From contig CAWGFI010000006.1 in the NCBI GenBank assembly GCA_963821845.1, forward strand, positions 65,478-129,477: a stretch of 64,000 bases of DNA, read 5' to 3'. Below are positions 29,820 through 40,781 of this stretch, piece after piece (position 1 is the stretch's first letter; every line of letters starts with the position of its first letter). A program made the translations under genes and the position numbers. Source of the stretch: an uncultured delta proteobacterium (GTDB taxonomy: Bacteria > Desulfobacterota > Desulfarculia > JACQYL01 > CAWGVV01). The notes beneath the pieces were generated by a model. It was not told the origin of the DNA and ran no database searches. It saw only the letters and a list, made by a program, of their open reading frames with translations.

Positions 29820-30610
29820 ATGAGCATACTGGACAAAATCATAGAAACCAAAAAGCAGGAAATCGCGGCGCTGAAGGCCACAAGCGATCTCGCCGACATG
29901 AGCCGTCAGGCCTTGAAGCGGCCTCTGGGCCGCGGCCTGGAAGCGGCTTTGCGAAACAACGGCCGAACGCCGGTCATCGCCGAAATCAAACGGTCCTCGC
30001 CTTCGGCGGGCGTGTTGAATGGACAGGTGAACGTACGAATCCCTGGCCACAGCCTACCAGGGCGCGGGCGCGGCGGCGGTGTCGGCGCTTACCGACCGGA
30101 CCTTATTTCAAGGGAAGCCTGGAAGACGCCCGCAAGGCTCGGGCCGTCCTGAATATTCCTGTTCTGCGCAAGGATTTCATCATCGACCCCATCCAGCTCT
30201 ATGAAACCAAGCTGGCGGGGTTGGACGCGGTCCTGCTCATCGTGGCCGCCCTGGAGCCGCCGCTTCTTCGGGACTTGTACGCCCGGGCGCGCGATCTCGG
30301 CCTTTCCGTGCTGGTGGAGGTTCACCGGGAAGAGGAGCTGGACGCCGCTCTGGCGCTGAATCCGTCCATCATCGGCGTCAATAACCGCAATCTCTCCGAC
30401 ATGACCGTATCGCTTGAAACCTGCGTAAGGCTGCGGCCTCTGATTCCCGCCAACGTTTTGGTGGTGGGCGAAAGCGGCGTGAACACGCCCAATGACGTTT
30501 CCCGCTTGCTGAGCGCCGGGATAAACGGCTTTCTGGTGGGATCGGCGCTCATGAAATCAAACGATCCGGGCGGTCTGCTCAAATCGCTGGTCGAGGCAAG
30601 GAGCGCGTAG
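29820..30610 (+). pseudogene. trpC: indole-3-glycerol phosphate synthase, interrupted by 2 frame shifts as assembled
   Basis: Segments MSILDKIIETKKQEI...VIAEIKRSSPSAGVL.. | YESLATAYQGAGAAAVSALTDRTLFQG | SLEDARKARAVLNIPVLRKDFIIDPIQ...VGVNNRNL. Shifts are near 30033 and 30115. Confidence 0.8.
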
Positions 30611-31176
30611 CCATGGTGCGGGTCAAGATCTGCGGAATCACCAACATCGAAGACGCCCAAGCCGCGGTGAACGCCGGAGCCGACGCTTTGGGATTTGTTT
30701 TCGCCCCCAGCCCCCGGCGGATAACCCCGGAACAGGCGCGGGAAATCATCAAGGGATTGCCTCCGATGGTTTCCACGGTGGGCGTATTCGTGAACGAAGA
30801 ACCAAGCCGGATCGTGGAAATCCGGAACTACTGCGGGCTGAACGCCGTTCAGCTTCACGGCGACGAGACCGGAAAGCGTCGTGGACGCGCTCGAAGGCGC
30901 GGTCATCAAGGCGGCGCGGGTGCGGCCGTCATCGATCATATCCGAAAACGACTATCCGACGGCCACCTTGTTGCTGGACACCTATCATCCGGTGAATGCG
31001 GGTGGGACCGGCGAAACCTTTGACTGGCAGCTGGCCGTCCGCGTAGCCGCCCGCCGCAGGATCATCCTGGCTGGCGGCCTCGACCCGGACAACGTGGCCC
31101 AGGCCGTGACGGCCGTCAGACCGTATCGCGGTGGACGTATCCAGCGGCGTGGAGAATCAACCTGGGAGAAAAGATC

Positions 31177-32406
<1,230 letters not shown>

Positions 32407-32410
<4 letters not shown>

Positions 32411-33230
32411 AATCAGCCATTCAGCAAGCATTCGCAGCGCGGCCGCTCAGAGGCGGAGCGCCTTTATGCCCTTTTTCACCGGCGGATATCCGGACGCCCA
32501 AACGTGTTTGGATTTTCTAAGGCACTGGCCGAGGCCGGTGCGGACGTGATCGAAGTCGGGCTGCCGTTTTCCGATCCGTTGGCGGACGGCCCGATCATCC
32601 AGAAATCCAGTCACGCGCCCTGGACATCGGGCATGACCCCGCCCAAGGTTTTGGAGCTGATCGCCGAGGCCCGTAAGAAGGCCGACGTGCCGGTGGTGCT
32701 CATGACCTATGTACAATCCCATGTTCCGCCTGGGGTGGAGACATTTTGCCGCCGAGGCGCGGGAAGCGGGCGTGTCCGGCGTCATCGTTCCGGATCTGCC
32801 TCTGGAAGAGGCCGATGAATGGTGGAAGAGGCGGCCTGCGGCACGGCATGGACACCATCTTCATGATTGCGCCCACCACGCCGGCGGAGCGGCTTGCAAA
32901 GAGGTCATCCGGTCCAGCCGGGGGTTTGTGTACGCCGTGGCCCGGACCGGCGTCACCGGTTCGGAAACGTCGGTTTCCGAGGAATTGTCCACGTACCGTT
33001 TCGGCCATCAAAGCCGATCGCCGATCTGCCGGTGGCCGTGGGTTTCGGAGTATCCAGGCCGGAAGACGCCCGGCTCCTGGCCGGATCTGGCCGACGGAGT
33101 GATCGTGGGCAGTGCGCTTATTGAAAACGGTTATGGAACAGGACGGCCAGGAAGCGCGAGTCGCTGCGGCCGCCCGTCTGGCCGCGAGACCTCGCCGGAT
33201 CGAATCTGGCCAAGGAGGACAATCCAATGA
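32407..33230 (+). pseudogene. trpA: tryptophan synthase alpha chain, at least 10 frame disruptions as assembled
   Basis: ATG at 32407. Segments MKSAIQQAF | [16 protein letters not shown] | [28 protein letters not shown] | YNPMFRLGWRHFAAEAREAGVSGVIVPDLPLEEADE | HGMDTIFMIAPTTPAERLA | RGFVYAVARTGVTGSETS | VSAIKA | DLPVAVGFGVSRPEDARLLAGS | ADGVIVGSALI. The stop at 33228-33230 overlaps the trpG ATG (ATGA). Confidence 0.75.
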
Positions 33231-33840
33231 TTCTCATCATCGATAATTACGATTCCTTTACGTTCAACCTGGCTCACGCGTTGGGCGAGCTAGGCCGGGA
33301 AATCACGGTCAAACGCAATGATGCGGTCTCGCCCCCGGAGATCGACATGGCTGAACCCCGAGGCCATCGTCATTTCGCCGGGTCCGGGACGGCCGGACGA
33401 TTCGGGCGTGAGCCTCGAAGTCATCGAGAAGTTTGCCGGCAAAATCCCCATCCTGGGGGTCTGCCTGGGGCATCAGTGCATTGGCCGAGGTGTTCGGAGG
33501 CCAGGTGGTTCGGGCCAAGGAGCCGGTTCATGGGAAGACCTCGGAGGTCTTTCACGACGGCCGGACCATGTATCGGGGCGTCCGAAATCCGTTCAAGGCC
33601 ACGCGGTACCATTCCCTGATGGCGCCCGAGGACGACTTGCCGGCCAGTCTGGAAGTATCGGCCTGGACTTTGGACGGTGTGGTCATGGGCGTGCGGGCCG
33701 TGGGCCTGCCTGTGGAAGGGGTCCAGTTTCACCCCGAATCCATCGCCACCCCGCTGGGTAAATCCATCCTCCGGAATTTCCTGGAGCACTACGTCGTGCG
33801 GCCGACAGGCGGCCTGAGGGAAGGAAGCGCGTCATGGTAA
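33227..33840 (+). pseudogene. trpG: anthranilate synthase component II (glutamine amidotransferase), 2 frame shifts as assembled
   Basis: AAGGAGGA RBS. Segments [23 protein letters not shown]...EIDM | [21 protein letters not shown]...[12 protein letters not shown] | [19 protein letters not shown]...YHSL...GVQFHPESI. Shifts are near 33350 and 33483. Confidence 0.8.
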
Positions 33841-34879
33841 TTTTGATGACCGAAAAGTGCCGGAAAAAAGAGGTGGCGGATGTCCTGTCCGCCATCAAAG
33901 CACGAGGGTTCGAGCCGCGCATGATCACGTCCCAGACCGCGCGTGGTGCTCGGGCGTGGTGGAAGAAATGAAGCCGCCGGCAGATCGAAGAACTGACCGA
34001 GGCCCTGTCCAAGCTGCCGGAGGTGGAGGGCATCGAACTGTTCGGCCTCCTGCAAACTGGCGGGCCGGACGTTCCGTGTGGAAAACACGCTGATCCCGTG
34101 CAGGCGCACGAACGCTCGGGGACGGCGGCATTACGGATCATGGCCGGACCGTGCGCCGTGGAATCCCGGGAGGCCATGCATTAGAGATCGCCCGATTCAT
34201 CAAGGCGGCAGGAGCGGATATGCTGCGCGGCGGCGCGTTCAAGCCGCGGACGTCGCCGTATTCCTTCCGGGGCCTGGGCCAGGAAGGGCTGGAGCATCTG
34301 GCCGAGGCCCGCAGGAAACCGGGCTGCCCATCATCACCGAGGTGCTGACCCCGGAGGAATCGCCCTGGTGGCCGGATACGCGGACATTCTCCAGATCGGG
34401 ACCCGCAACATGCAGAATTTCGCGCTTCTGGAGGCGGCGGGCGAAACTGGACAAGCCGGTAATTCTCAAAAGGGGATGATGGCCACGGTGAAGGAACTGC
34501 TGCTGTCGCGCGGAATACATCCTGGCGCAAGGGCAATCCGCAGGTGATTCTCTGCGAGCGGGGCATCCGCACGTTTGAAAAGGAAACGCGAAATACACTG
34601 GACATATCGGCGGTGCCTCTGCTAAAGCAACTGTCCCACCTGCCGGTGGTGGTGGACCCCAGCCACGCCGTGGGAAAGCGCGGAACTGGTGCCCGCCATG
34701 GCTCTCGCGGCCGTGGCGGCCGGCGCGGACGGTCTGATGATCGAAGTGCATCCCGACCCGGACGAGGCCCTTTCCGACGGCCGGCAAAGTCTGACCTTCG
34801 ACGCCTTTGCGCGCTCATGCGTAATATCGAAAGCGTGGCGGCGACGGTAAAGAGCATCTACAAAGGAAATGATCGATGA
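33834..34879 (+). pseudogene. aroF: DAHP synthase (type I-beta) with N-terminal ferredoxin-like regulatory domain, about 15 frame disruptions as assembled
   Basis: Segments MVILMTEKCRKKEVADVLSAIKARGFEP | [16 protein letters not shown] | [14 protein letters not shown] | [45 protein letters not shown] | [15 protein letters not shown] | [25 protein letters not shown] | [11 protein letters not shown] | [43 protein letters not shown] | [37 protein letters not shown]. Domain order is as in the Thermotoga-type enzyme. Confidence 0.75.
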
Positions 34880-36130
34880 AATTGTGTGGCGAATTTCGAA
34901 CCGCCGGGCGACAAATCCATATCCCACCGGCTGGCGCTCATGTCGCATTCTGGCCGAAGGTCGGTTGACCGCGACTCATTTTTCCTCGTGCGCGGACGTG
35001 CGCTCCAGCCTGGAAGCGGTGAGGGCGCTGGGCGTTGCATGTCGATATCCAGGGCGACCGGGTGATCATGGAGGGCGCCGGGGGCGCAATCGAAAGCCGG
35101 GCGCAGCATCGACTGCGGAAATTCCGGCACCACCATGCGGCTGCTCATGGGAATTCTGGCCGGGCAGCCGGGCCAGTATGTTCTGGACGGAGACGACTCT
35201 CTGCGCAAACGGCCCATGGAACGGGTCGCGGCGCCGCTCAGACGCATGGGCGCGGCCATCGAACTCGCCGCCGGAAAAAGCCCGGCGACTATTGAAGGCG
35301 GGGATCTGCGGGGAATCGAATTCGAACTTCCCACCCCCAGCGCCCAGCTCAAGAGCGCCACGTTGCTGGCGGGCGTGCAGGCTTCGGGCGCTACAAGCGT
35401 TTTGGAGCCCATCGTCAGCCGGGACCACACGGAACGGCTGCTGACCATGATGGACGCGCCTCTTACCAAAATTCGCGGCGGCTGGCGCGTGGAACGCGGC
35501 CCCCTGAAATTTCCCGCTGAATTCGACGTGCCTGGCGATAGCTCTTCCGCGGCCTTTTTTCTCTGCGCCGCCGTGATCCTGCCCGGAAGCGAAATCATCG
35601 CCCGCAATACCTTGCTCAATTCCACACGTTCCGGCTTTGCGCGGGTATTGCTGCGCATGGGCGCGTCGCTGAACATTGAAACCGATCGCGAGGATCCGGA
35701 ACCGGCGGGGACCATAACCGCCCGGTATTCGCGCGGGCTCGCGGGTTGCCGGATCGACGCCGAGGAAATCCCGGCGCTCATCGATGAAATACCCATTCTG
35801 GCGCTGGCGGCCACGCAGGCTCGGGGGACCACCGTGTTTGAAGGGGTGGGCGAGTTGCGGGTGAAGGAATCCGACCGGCTAGCGGCAATCGCCGGACAAC
35901 TCGGCGCCATGGGAGCGCGGATTACCGCCGAAGAGGACCGGCTGATCATCGAAGGCCCCACGCCGCTCAAGGCGCGGCGGGAACTCGATTCCCTGGACGA
36001 TCACCGCATCGCCATGACCCTGCGGCTGGCCGGGCTGCTCACAGAAACCGAACCGGCCATACGCGGCGAGGAATGCGTCTCCATCTCCTATCCCGATTTT
36101 CACGAAGCCCTGCGGATGTTATGCCGATGA
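34876..36130 (+). pseudogene. aroA: EPSP synthase (3-phosphoshikimate 1-carboxyvinyltransferase), 4 frame shifts confined to the first ~230 nt
   Basis: [11 protein letters not shown] | DKSISHRLALMS | ILAEGRLT..ADVRSSLEAVRALGV | VDIQGDRVIMEGAGG | then the uninterrupted ORF 35135..36130 (DCGNSGTTMRLLMG...RDHTERLL...KESDRLAAI...DDHRIAM). Shifts (+1 each) are near 34908, 34945, 35035 and 35100. The ATG overlaps the upstream stop (ATGA). Confidence 0.8.
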
Positions 36131-36945
36131 AAGTCTTCTGCATCCTCAGCGATGAACGAGCCTTTCGTTCCAAATCGCCGGCCATGCACAACGCGGTCAT
36201 GAAAAAGCTGGGCATGAGCGGCGTGTACGTTCCCTTTCAGGTGGAAGCGGAGAGGATAGGGGAGGCGGTCGCAGGTCTGCGCGCATTGAACATCGCCGGG
36301 GCCAACGTGACCGTTCCCTACAAGGAGGCGGTCATGGGGTATCTCGATCACATCTCCGAGGAAGCCGCCGCCATCGGCGCCATCAACACCATTTTCTTGC
36401 AGGATAATAAACTGGGCGGATACAATACCGATGCAGACGGTTTTATCGACGCGCTGGAAAGCGCCGGGATAAGCCCGGAAGGCCGGGACGCGCTGGTTTT
36501 CGGAGCAGGCGGAGCCGCCAAGGCGGCGGTGGCCGCTTTGAAAAGGCTCAATGCGCGGTCAATCGTGGTCGCCGGGCGCAATAAAGCCGATGTTTCGGCG
36601 CTGTCCGGCCGTTTCGGCGCGAAGCCCATGCCGATCGACGACCTTAAAACCCAAGAGCCCGCCGTTCATCTGGTGGTGAACGCCACCTCCGTTTCCAGCC
36701 CCCAGGAATCGCCGGAACTGGCGGATCTGGCGCTCGGTCTGAAGCTGTCCACGTGCGAGGCGGTCGTCGATCTGAATTACGGAAGAAAAGAAAATTTCTG
36801 GAAGTCAGCCGCCCTCGCCCGCGACGCGCGGTTCATGGACGGCCTCCCCATGCTGGCCTATCAGGCCAGGCGCAGCTTCATGCTCTGGACCGGGTTGGAC
36901 GTCGAGCCCGCATGGTATCTGGACGCTTTGAAAGAATCGTTATGA
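36127..36945 (+). CDS. aroE: shikimate dehydrogenase
   Basis: ORF track 36073..36945. ATG at 36127 overlaps the aroA stop (ATGA). SPAMHNA, NVTVPYKE, NTD, GAGGAAKA motifs. Intact. Confidence 0.85.
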   Translation: MKVFCILSDERAFRSKSPAMHNAVMKKLGMSGVYVPFQVEAERIGEAVAGLRALNIAGANVTVPYKEAVMGYLDHISEEAAAIGAINTIFLQDNKLGGYNTDADGFIDALESAGISPEGRDALVFGAGGAAKAAVAALKRLNARSIVVAGRNKADVSALSGRFGAKPMPIDDLKTQEPAVHLVVNATSVSSPQESPELADLALGLKLSTCEAVVDLNYGRKENFWKSAALARDARFMDGLPMLAYQARRSFMLWTGLDVEPAWYLDALKESL

Positions 36946-38507
36946 GTGGAAACATTTACCTGACCGGATTCATGGGCGCCGGCAAAAGCACGGTGGGGCG
37001 GCTTTTGGCCGCCATCTTGCGACGTCCGTTCGTGGACATGGACGACATGCTAGAAAAGCAGTTTAAAAGACCCATCTCCGACGTATTTAAAGACTTGGGA
37101 GAAGAGGCCTTCCGGCAAAAAGAGAGCGCCCTGCTGGAGGAACTGGCCCGCCGCGACCGTCTGGTGGTGGCCACCGGGGGAGGCGCGCCCGAGCGCGAAG
37201 AAAACCTGAAGCTCATGTACGCTTCCGGGGCCATTGTCCATCTCCGCGCCGATCTGGACACGCTCATGGACAGATTGGACGAATCCGAACGGGCCACACG
37301 TCCCCTGTGGCGGGACCGGGAGACGTTACAAAAGCTTTTTGACCGGCGGCAAGCTCTATACGCGCGGAACGATTGCGCCGTTGAAAACAATGGCCGTCCC
37401 CCCGAGGAAGTGGCTCTGGAAATCGTTCGGGCTTTGTATCCCGATCAACAATTTACCGTGCGGATGAACGGCGCCGACCGGCCGGTGGTGGCCACTTGGC
37501 GGGCGGAAGAGGTCTTGCCGGAAATGGCCGGATCGAGGCGGGCGGCGATCCTGACGGACCGCACCGTGGCCCGGTTGCGGCTGGGAGCGCTGACCGCCGG
37601 ACTCGTCGATCCGGTGGTCATAACCGTCGCCGCCGGGGAACGGTCCAAAACCCTGAACGGAGCGCGCGGGGTCATCGACAAGCTGCTGGAAAACCACTTT
37701 GAACGGAGCGACCTGCTCGTGGCCGTGGGAGGCGGCGTGGTGACCGACCTGGGCGGGTTTGTCGCCTCCATCTACAAACGCGGCATGCGGTATCTGCCGG
37801 TATCGACTTCCCTGGTCGGCTGCGTGGACGCCGCCATTGGCGGCAAGACGGCGGTCAATGTTTCCGCGGCCAAAAACATGATCGGCGCGTTCAAGGACCC
37901 CGTCGGAGTCATTCTGGACATGCGCGCTTTGGGCACATTGAAACGCGGCCAGATCCGGGAAGGCCTGGTGGAAGCCTACAAAACCGGCCTGGTGTACGAG
38001 CCCGCCTTGGCGGACCTGGTGGAAACGCATATTCGGGCGCTGCTCGGCCAGGACGCGCCGCTGTTGGGCGAACTCGCTTCCCTGTCCGCGCGGGCCAAGG
38101 CCCGCATCGTGAGCCAGGATTTTCTGGACACCGGCCTGCGGCGCATTCTCAATTTCGGCCACACCTACGGCCACGCGGTGGAGACCTATAACGCATTCAA
38201 AATTTCCCACGGCCGGGGCGTGGCGGCGGGCATGCTGGTCGCTGTCCTGCTGTCCGAACGGCGCGGCCTGATACCGCCGTCCATGGGCGCGAAGATCCAG
38301 GAAACCCTCAAGCTCATCGATCCCCGCCCCACGCCGCTCCCCCCGGTGGAAGACGCCTGGGGCGCCATGCTGCACGACAAAAAGATGGTCGACGGCAAGC
38401 TGATCTACGTGCTGCTGAACGGCCGGGGTTCGGCCGTGTGCGTGGACGATGTGTCCAAAAAAGAACTGGCGGACGTCCTGTCCACCCTGGAGGCCGTCGA
38501 TGGGTAG
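36942..38507 (+). CDS. aroB: bifunctional shikimate kinase / 3-dehydroquinate synthase (AroK-AroB fusion)
   Basis: ORF track 36753..38507. ATG at 36942 overlaps the aroE stop (ATGA). N-terminal [15 protein letters not shown] (shikimate kinase P-loop). C-terminal [16 protein letters not shown]...[11 protein letters not shown]...[11 protein letters not shown] (dehydroquinate synthase). Intact 521 aa. Confidence 0.85.
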   Translation: MSGNIYLTGFMGAGKSTVGRLLAAILRRPFVDMDDMLEKQFKRPISDVFKDLGEEAFRQKESALLEELARRDRLVVATGGGAPEREENLKLMYASGAIVHLRADLDTLMDRLDESERATRPLWRDRETLQKLFDRRQALYARNDCAVENNGRPPEEVALEIVRALYPDQQFTVRMNGADRPVVATWRAEEVLPEMAGSRRAAILTDRTVARLRLGALTAGLVDPVVITVAAGERSKTLNGARGVIDKLLENHFERSDLLVAVGGGVVTDLGGFVASIYKRGMRYLPVSTSLVGCVDAAIGGKTAVNVSAAKNMIGAFKDPVGVILDMRALGTLKRGQIREGLVEAYKTGLVYEPALADLVETHIRALLGQDAPLLGELASLSARAKARIVSQDFLDTGLRRILNFGHTYGHAVETYNAFKISHGRGVAAGMLVAVLLSERRGLIPPSMGAKIQETLKLIDPRPTPLPPVEDAWGAMLHDKKMVDGKLIYVLLNGRGSAVCVDDVSKKELADVLSTLEAVDG

Positions 38508-39563
38508 CGTTTTTGGACGGTATTTCAGAATAGCCACCTTCGGGGAGTCGCACGGCGCGGCGGTCGGCGTGATCGTGGAAGGCGTTCCGGCCGAATATCG
38601 AGCTTGATCGGGATTTCATCCAGAGCGAACTCGACCGCAGACGCCCCGGCGTATCCCAATACGTGACCGCGCGGCGCGAAACCGACGAGGTGGAGATTCT
38701 CTCCGGGGTCGTGGACGGTAAAACCCTGGGAACGCCCATCTCGCTCCTGGTACGCAACAAGGACGTCCGGTCCCAGGATTACAAAGCCATCGGGGAACTC
38801 TTCCGGCCCGGCCACGCCGATTACGCCTATTTTAAAAAATACGGCGTTCCGCCGCAGCCCGGAGGCGGAAGATCGTCAGGACGCGAAACCGTGGGCCGGG
38901 TGGCCGCGAGGCGCGGTAGCCAAGGCGTTTTTGAAGCCGTTCGCCATCGAGACGCAGGCCTACACGCTGGCCATCGGCGGAATTGAAGCGGAAAAGGTTG
39001 ACCTCGATTACGTCGAACACAACCCCCTGAGGTTCGCCGATCCCGACCGTTTCGATCAGGCGGCCGGTCTGGTGGACGCGGCGCGGGAAGACGGCGACTC
39101 CATCGGCGGCGTCATCGAAGTCGTCGTCACCGGGGTTCCCGCCGGCCTGGGCGATCCGGTCTTCGACAAGCTCGACGCGCTGCTGGGCGCGGCCATGTTT
39201 TCCATCGGCGCGGTGAAAGGCGTGGAGTTCGGCGCCGGGTTCCGGCTGGCCGGAATGCGCGGCTCCCGGGCCAACGATCCCCTGTCGCCGGAAGGGTTCC
39301 TCGGGAACAACGCGGGCGGGGTTCTGGGCGGTATTTCCAACGGCGAACCCATTGTCATGCGACTGGCGGTCAAACCGACCTCATCCATCGCCAAACCCCA
39401 AAACACGATCGACCTGACCGGCCGGACGCGGACCATCCAGGTGCAAGGGCGCCATGATCCCTGCCTGTGCCCGCGTGTGTGCCCGGTCGCCGAAGCCATG
39501 GCGGCCTTGGTTATAGCCGACGCGTTTCTGGAACAACGCGCCGCCACGGGAAGCAATCCATGA
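38502..39563 (+). pseudogene. aroC: chorismate synthase, 2 frame shifts in the first 410 nt as assembled
   Basis: [31 protein letters not shown] | [19 protein letters not shown]...[27 protein letters not shown] | [10 protein letters not shown]... then ORF 38931..39563 (GGVLGGISNGEPI...RHDPC). Shifts are near 38595 and 38905. Confidence 0.8.
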
Positions 39564-39997
39564 AAATACTGGTGATCAACGGGCCCAATCTGAACCTGCT
39601 GGGCAAACGCGAACCCGAAAAATACGGAACCACCTCGCTGCGGGATGTGGAGGAGGATCTGAAAGGTCTGGCGAGCAAGCTGGGCGTGGAGATATCCTTT
39701 TTTCAATCCAACAGCGAAGGCGCGCTCATCGACGCGCTGCAAAACGCGGACGGACAAACCGACGGAGTGATCCTCAACGCCGGCGGCTACACCCACACCA
39801 GCGTTGCCATCCGCGACTCCATCGCCGCCATCGCGGTCCCGGTGGTCGAAGTCCATGTGACCAATCCGCACGCCCGCGAAGAATTTCGACATCGTTCATT
39901 GATTTCGCCGGTGTGCCGGGGAACCATCGCCGGATTCGGCGCGGCTTCCTACAGCCTGGCCCTCATCTGGCTGGCGCAGTATTGTCCGCGCTCTTGA
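39560..39997 (+). CDS. aroQ: type II 3-dehydroquinate dehydratase
   Basis: ORF track 39467..39997. ATG at 39560 overlaps the aroC stop (ATGA). [23 protein letters not shown]...[11 protein letters not shown]...[14 protein letters not shown]. Intact. Confidence 0.9.
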   Translation: MKILVINGPNLNLLGKREPEKYGTTSLRDVEEDLKGLASKLGVEISFFQSNSEGALIDALQNADGQTDGVILNAGGYTHTSVAIRDSIAAIAVPVVEVHVTNPHAREEFRHRSLISPVCRGTIAGFGAASYSLALIWLAQYCPRS

Positions 39998-40004
39998 AGA
40001 AAAG

Positions 40005-40345
40005 AAATGAAAAAGCATGGCGGGGGAATTTCTGCGCCTCGAAGATCCCGATGTAATCGGGGCGCGCCTCCTGGAAATTAGGGGCGAAAGATTTTTCGTC
40101 GCTACCGCGCTCGAAATGACAGACTCGCCTTCTTTATTGTCCAATGAAGACCCCACGGGCGGCCCGACTCAACGGGCCTCTTGTTCCGTCATTCCGCGGC
40201 TTAACCGCGGAATCCAGGTTCTTCAAAGTATGTAATAACTTCTGGACCCCGCGATCGAGTCGCGGGGCGACGAGTAGATGGATGACTCAGACGTGCGAAT
40301 ACCAACTTTGGCGGGGGCGGTTCGCGAACCGCCTCTACGGTCGAA
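40005..40345 (+). repeat. composite hairpin-repeat block, copy A
   Basis: Concatenated palindromic modules: GGGGCGAAAGATTTTTCG.., GTCATTCCGCGGCTTAACCGCGGAATCC, GGACCCCGCGATCGAGTCGCGGGGC, GGGGGCGGTTCGCGAACCGCCTC. It is collinear with the reverse complement of 43800-44165, at roughly 85 percent identity by eye. Confidence 0.8.
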
Positions 40346-40410
40346 ATGCCAACTAATTTTGCCTGAAACGTTTTATTTTTTAATAACTTAAGGTTTTTGG
40401 GAGTGGGTTT

Positions 40411-40443
40411 GGGAGAGACCCTTTTTCCAAAAAGGGTCCTCCC
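40411..40443. repeat. palindromic REP-like module GGGAG.GACCCTTTTT..AAAAAGGGTCCTCCC
   Basis: Near-perfect hairpin. A sibling copy GGGAGGAATCCTTTTTGAAAAAGGGTTCCTCCC lies at 63562-63594. Confidence 0.7.
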
Positions 40444-40492
40444 ATTTCAACATCTATTTGGATAATTTTTCAGCGGCCCGGACAAAAAAACC

Positions 40493-40521
40493 TTGACAAG
40501 CTCGGCGACTTGCTGTTTACT
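40493..40521 (+). promoter_or_regulatory. candidate sigma70-type promoter for leader 3 / second DAHP synthase-pheA-tyrA
   Basis: TTGACA at 40493-40498, a 17-nt spacer ending in TGT, then TTTACT at 40516-40521 (extended -10-like). Confidence 0.45.
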
Positions 40522-40575
40522 GCATCTATAAGATCGACAAAAATCAGGATTACACTTATTCAGAGACAGACGGGT

Positions 40576-40656
40576 ATGAAACTTTTTAGCAACGGTTTTT
40601 ATTATTATTTTTATTATTTTACCGCCTACCCGTGCGCTCTGGAGGATGCCGTCTAA
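40576..40656 (+). CDS. leader peptide 3 (26 aa), Phe/Tyr-rich: MKLFSNGFYYYFYYFTAYPCALEDAV*
   Basis: Own translation; too short for the ORF track. Eight consecutive aromatic codons (TTT TAT TAT TAT TTT TAT TAT TTT) at 40597-40620, followed by terminator hairpins. Confidence 0.65.
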   Translation: MKLFSNGFYYYFYYFTAYPCALEDAV

Positions 40657-40682
40657 GACTGACCAAAAATAGAAACGAATCC

Positions 40683-40724
40683 GGGCCATGGGTAGAAAGA
40701 GTAAACCCATGGCCCTTCTTTTTT
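40683..40724 (+). terminator. intrinsic terminator / attenuator 3a
   Basis: GGGCCATGGGT (40683-40693) pairs perfectly with ACCCATGGCCC (40705-40715), followed by TTCTTTTTT. TACCCGTG inside leader 3 (40627-40634) can pair with CATGGGTA (40687-40694), giving a candidate antiterminator. Confidence 0.7.
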
Positions 40725-40760
40725 AAAGGCCGTGGGGTAAACCTCACGGCCTTTTCGTTT
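40725..40760 (+). terminator. second hairpin with U-tract (attenuator 3b)
   Basis: AAAGGCCGTG (40725-40734) pairs with CACGGCCTTT (40745-40754), followed by TCGTTTT. It lies directly upstream of the GGAGG RBS of the DAHP synthase gene. Confidence 0.55.
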
Positions 40761-40781
40761 TCAACCAGGAGGAAAAAGAAA

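Noticed and set aside
40017-40235. Track ORFs 40017..40235 (+), 43972..44214 (-), 44012..44377 (+) and 21669..21923 (+) as genes
   Set aside because: They are translations of the hairpin repeat modules (…ALEMTD…, …VIPRLNRGIQ…), so they are repeat-derived artefacts.
40632-40781. Upstream in-frame extension of the second DAHP synthase (track ORF starting at 40632)
   Set aside because: The extension would be translated through two terminator hairpins. A GGAGG RBS precedes the ATG at 40782, and the DAHP synthase homology begins after that.
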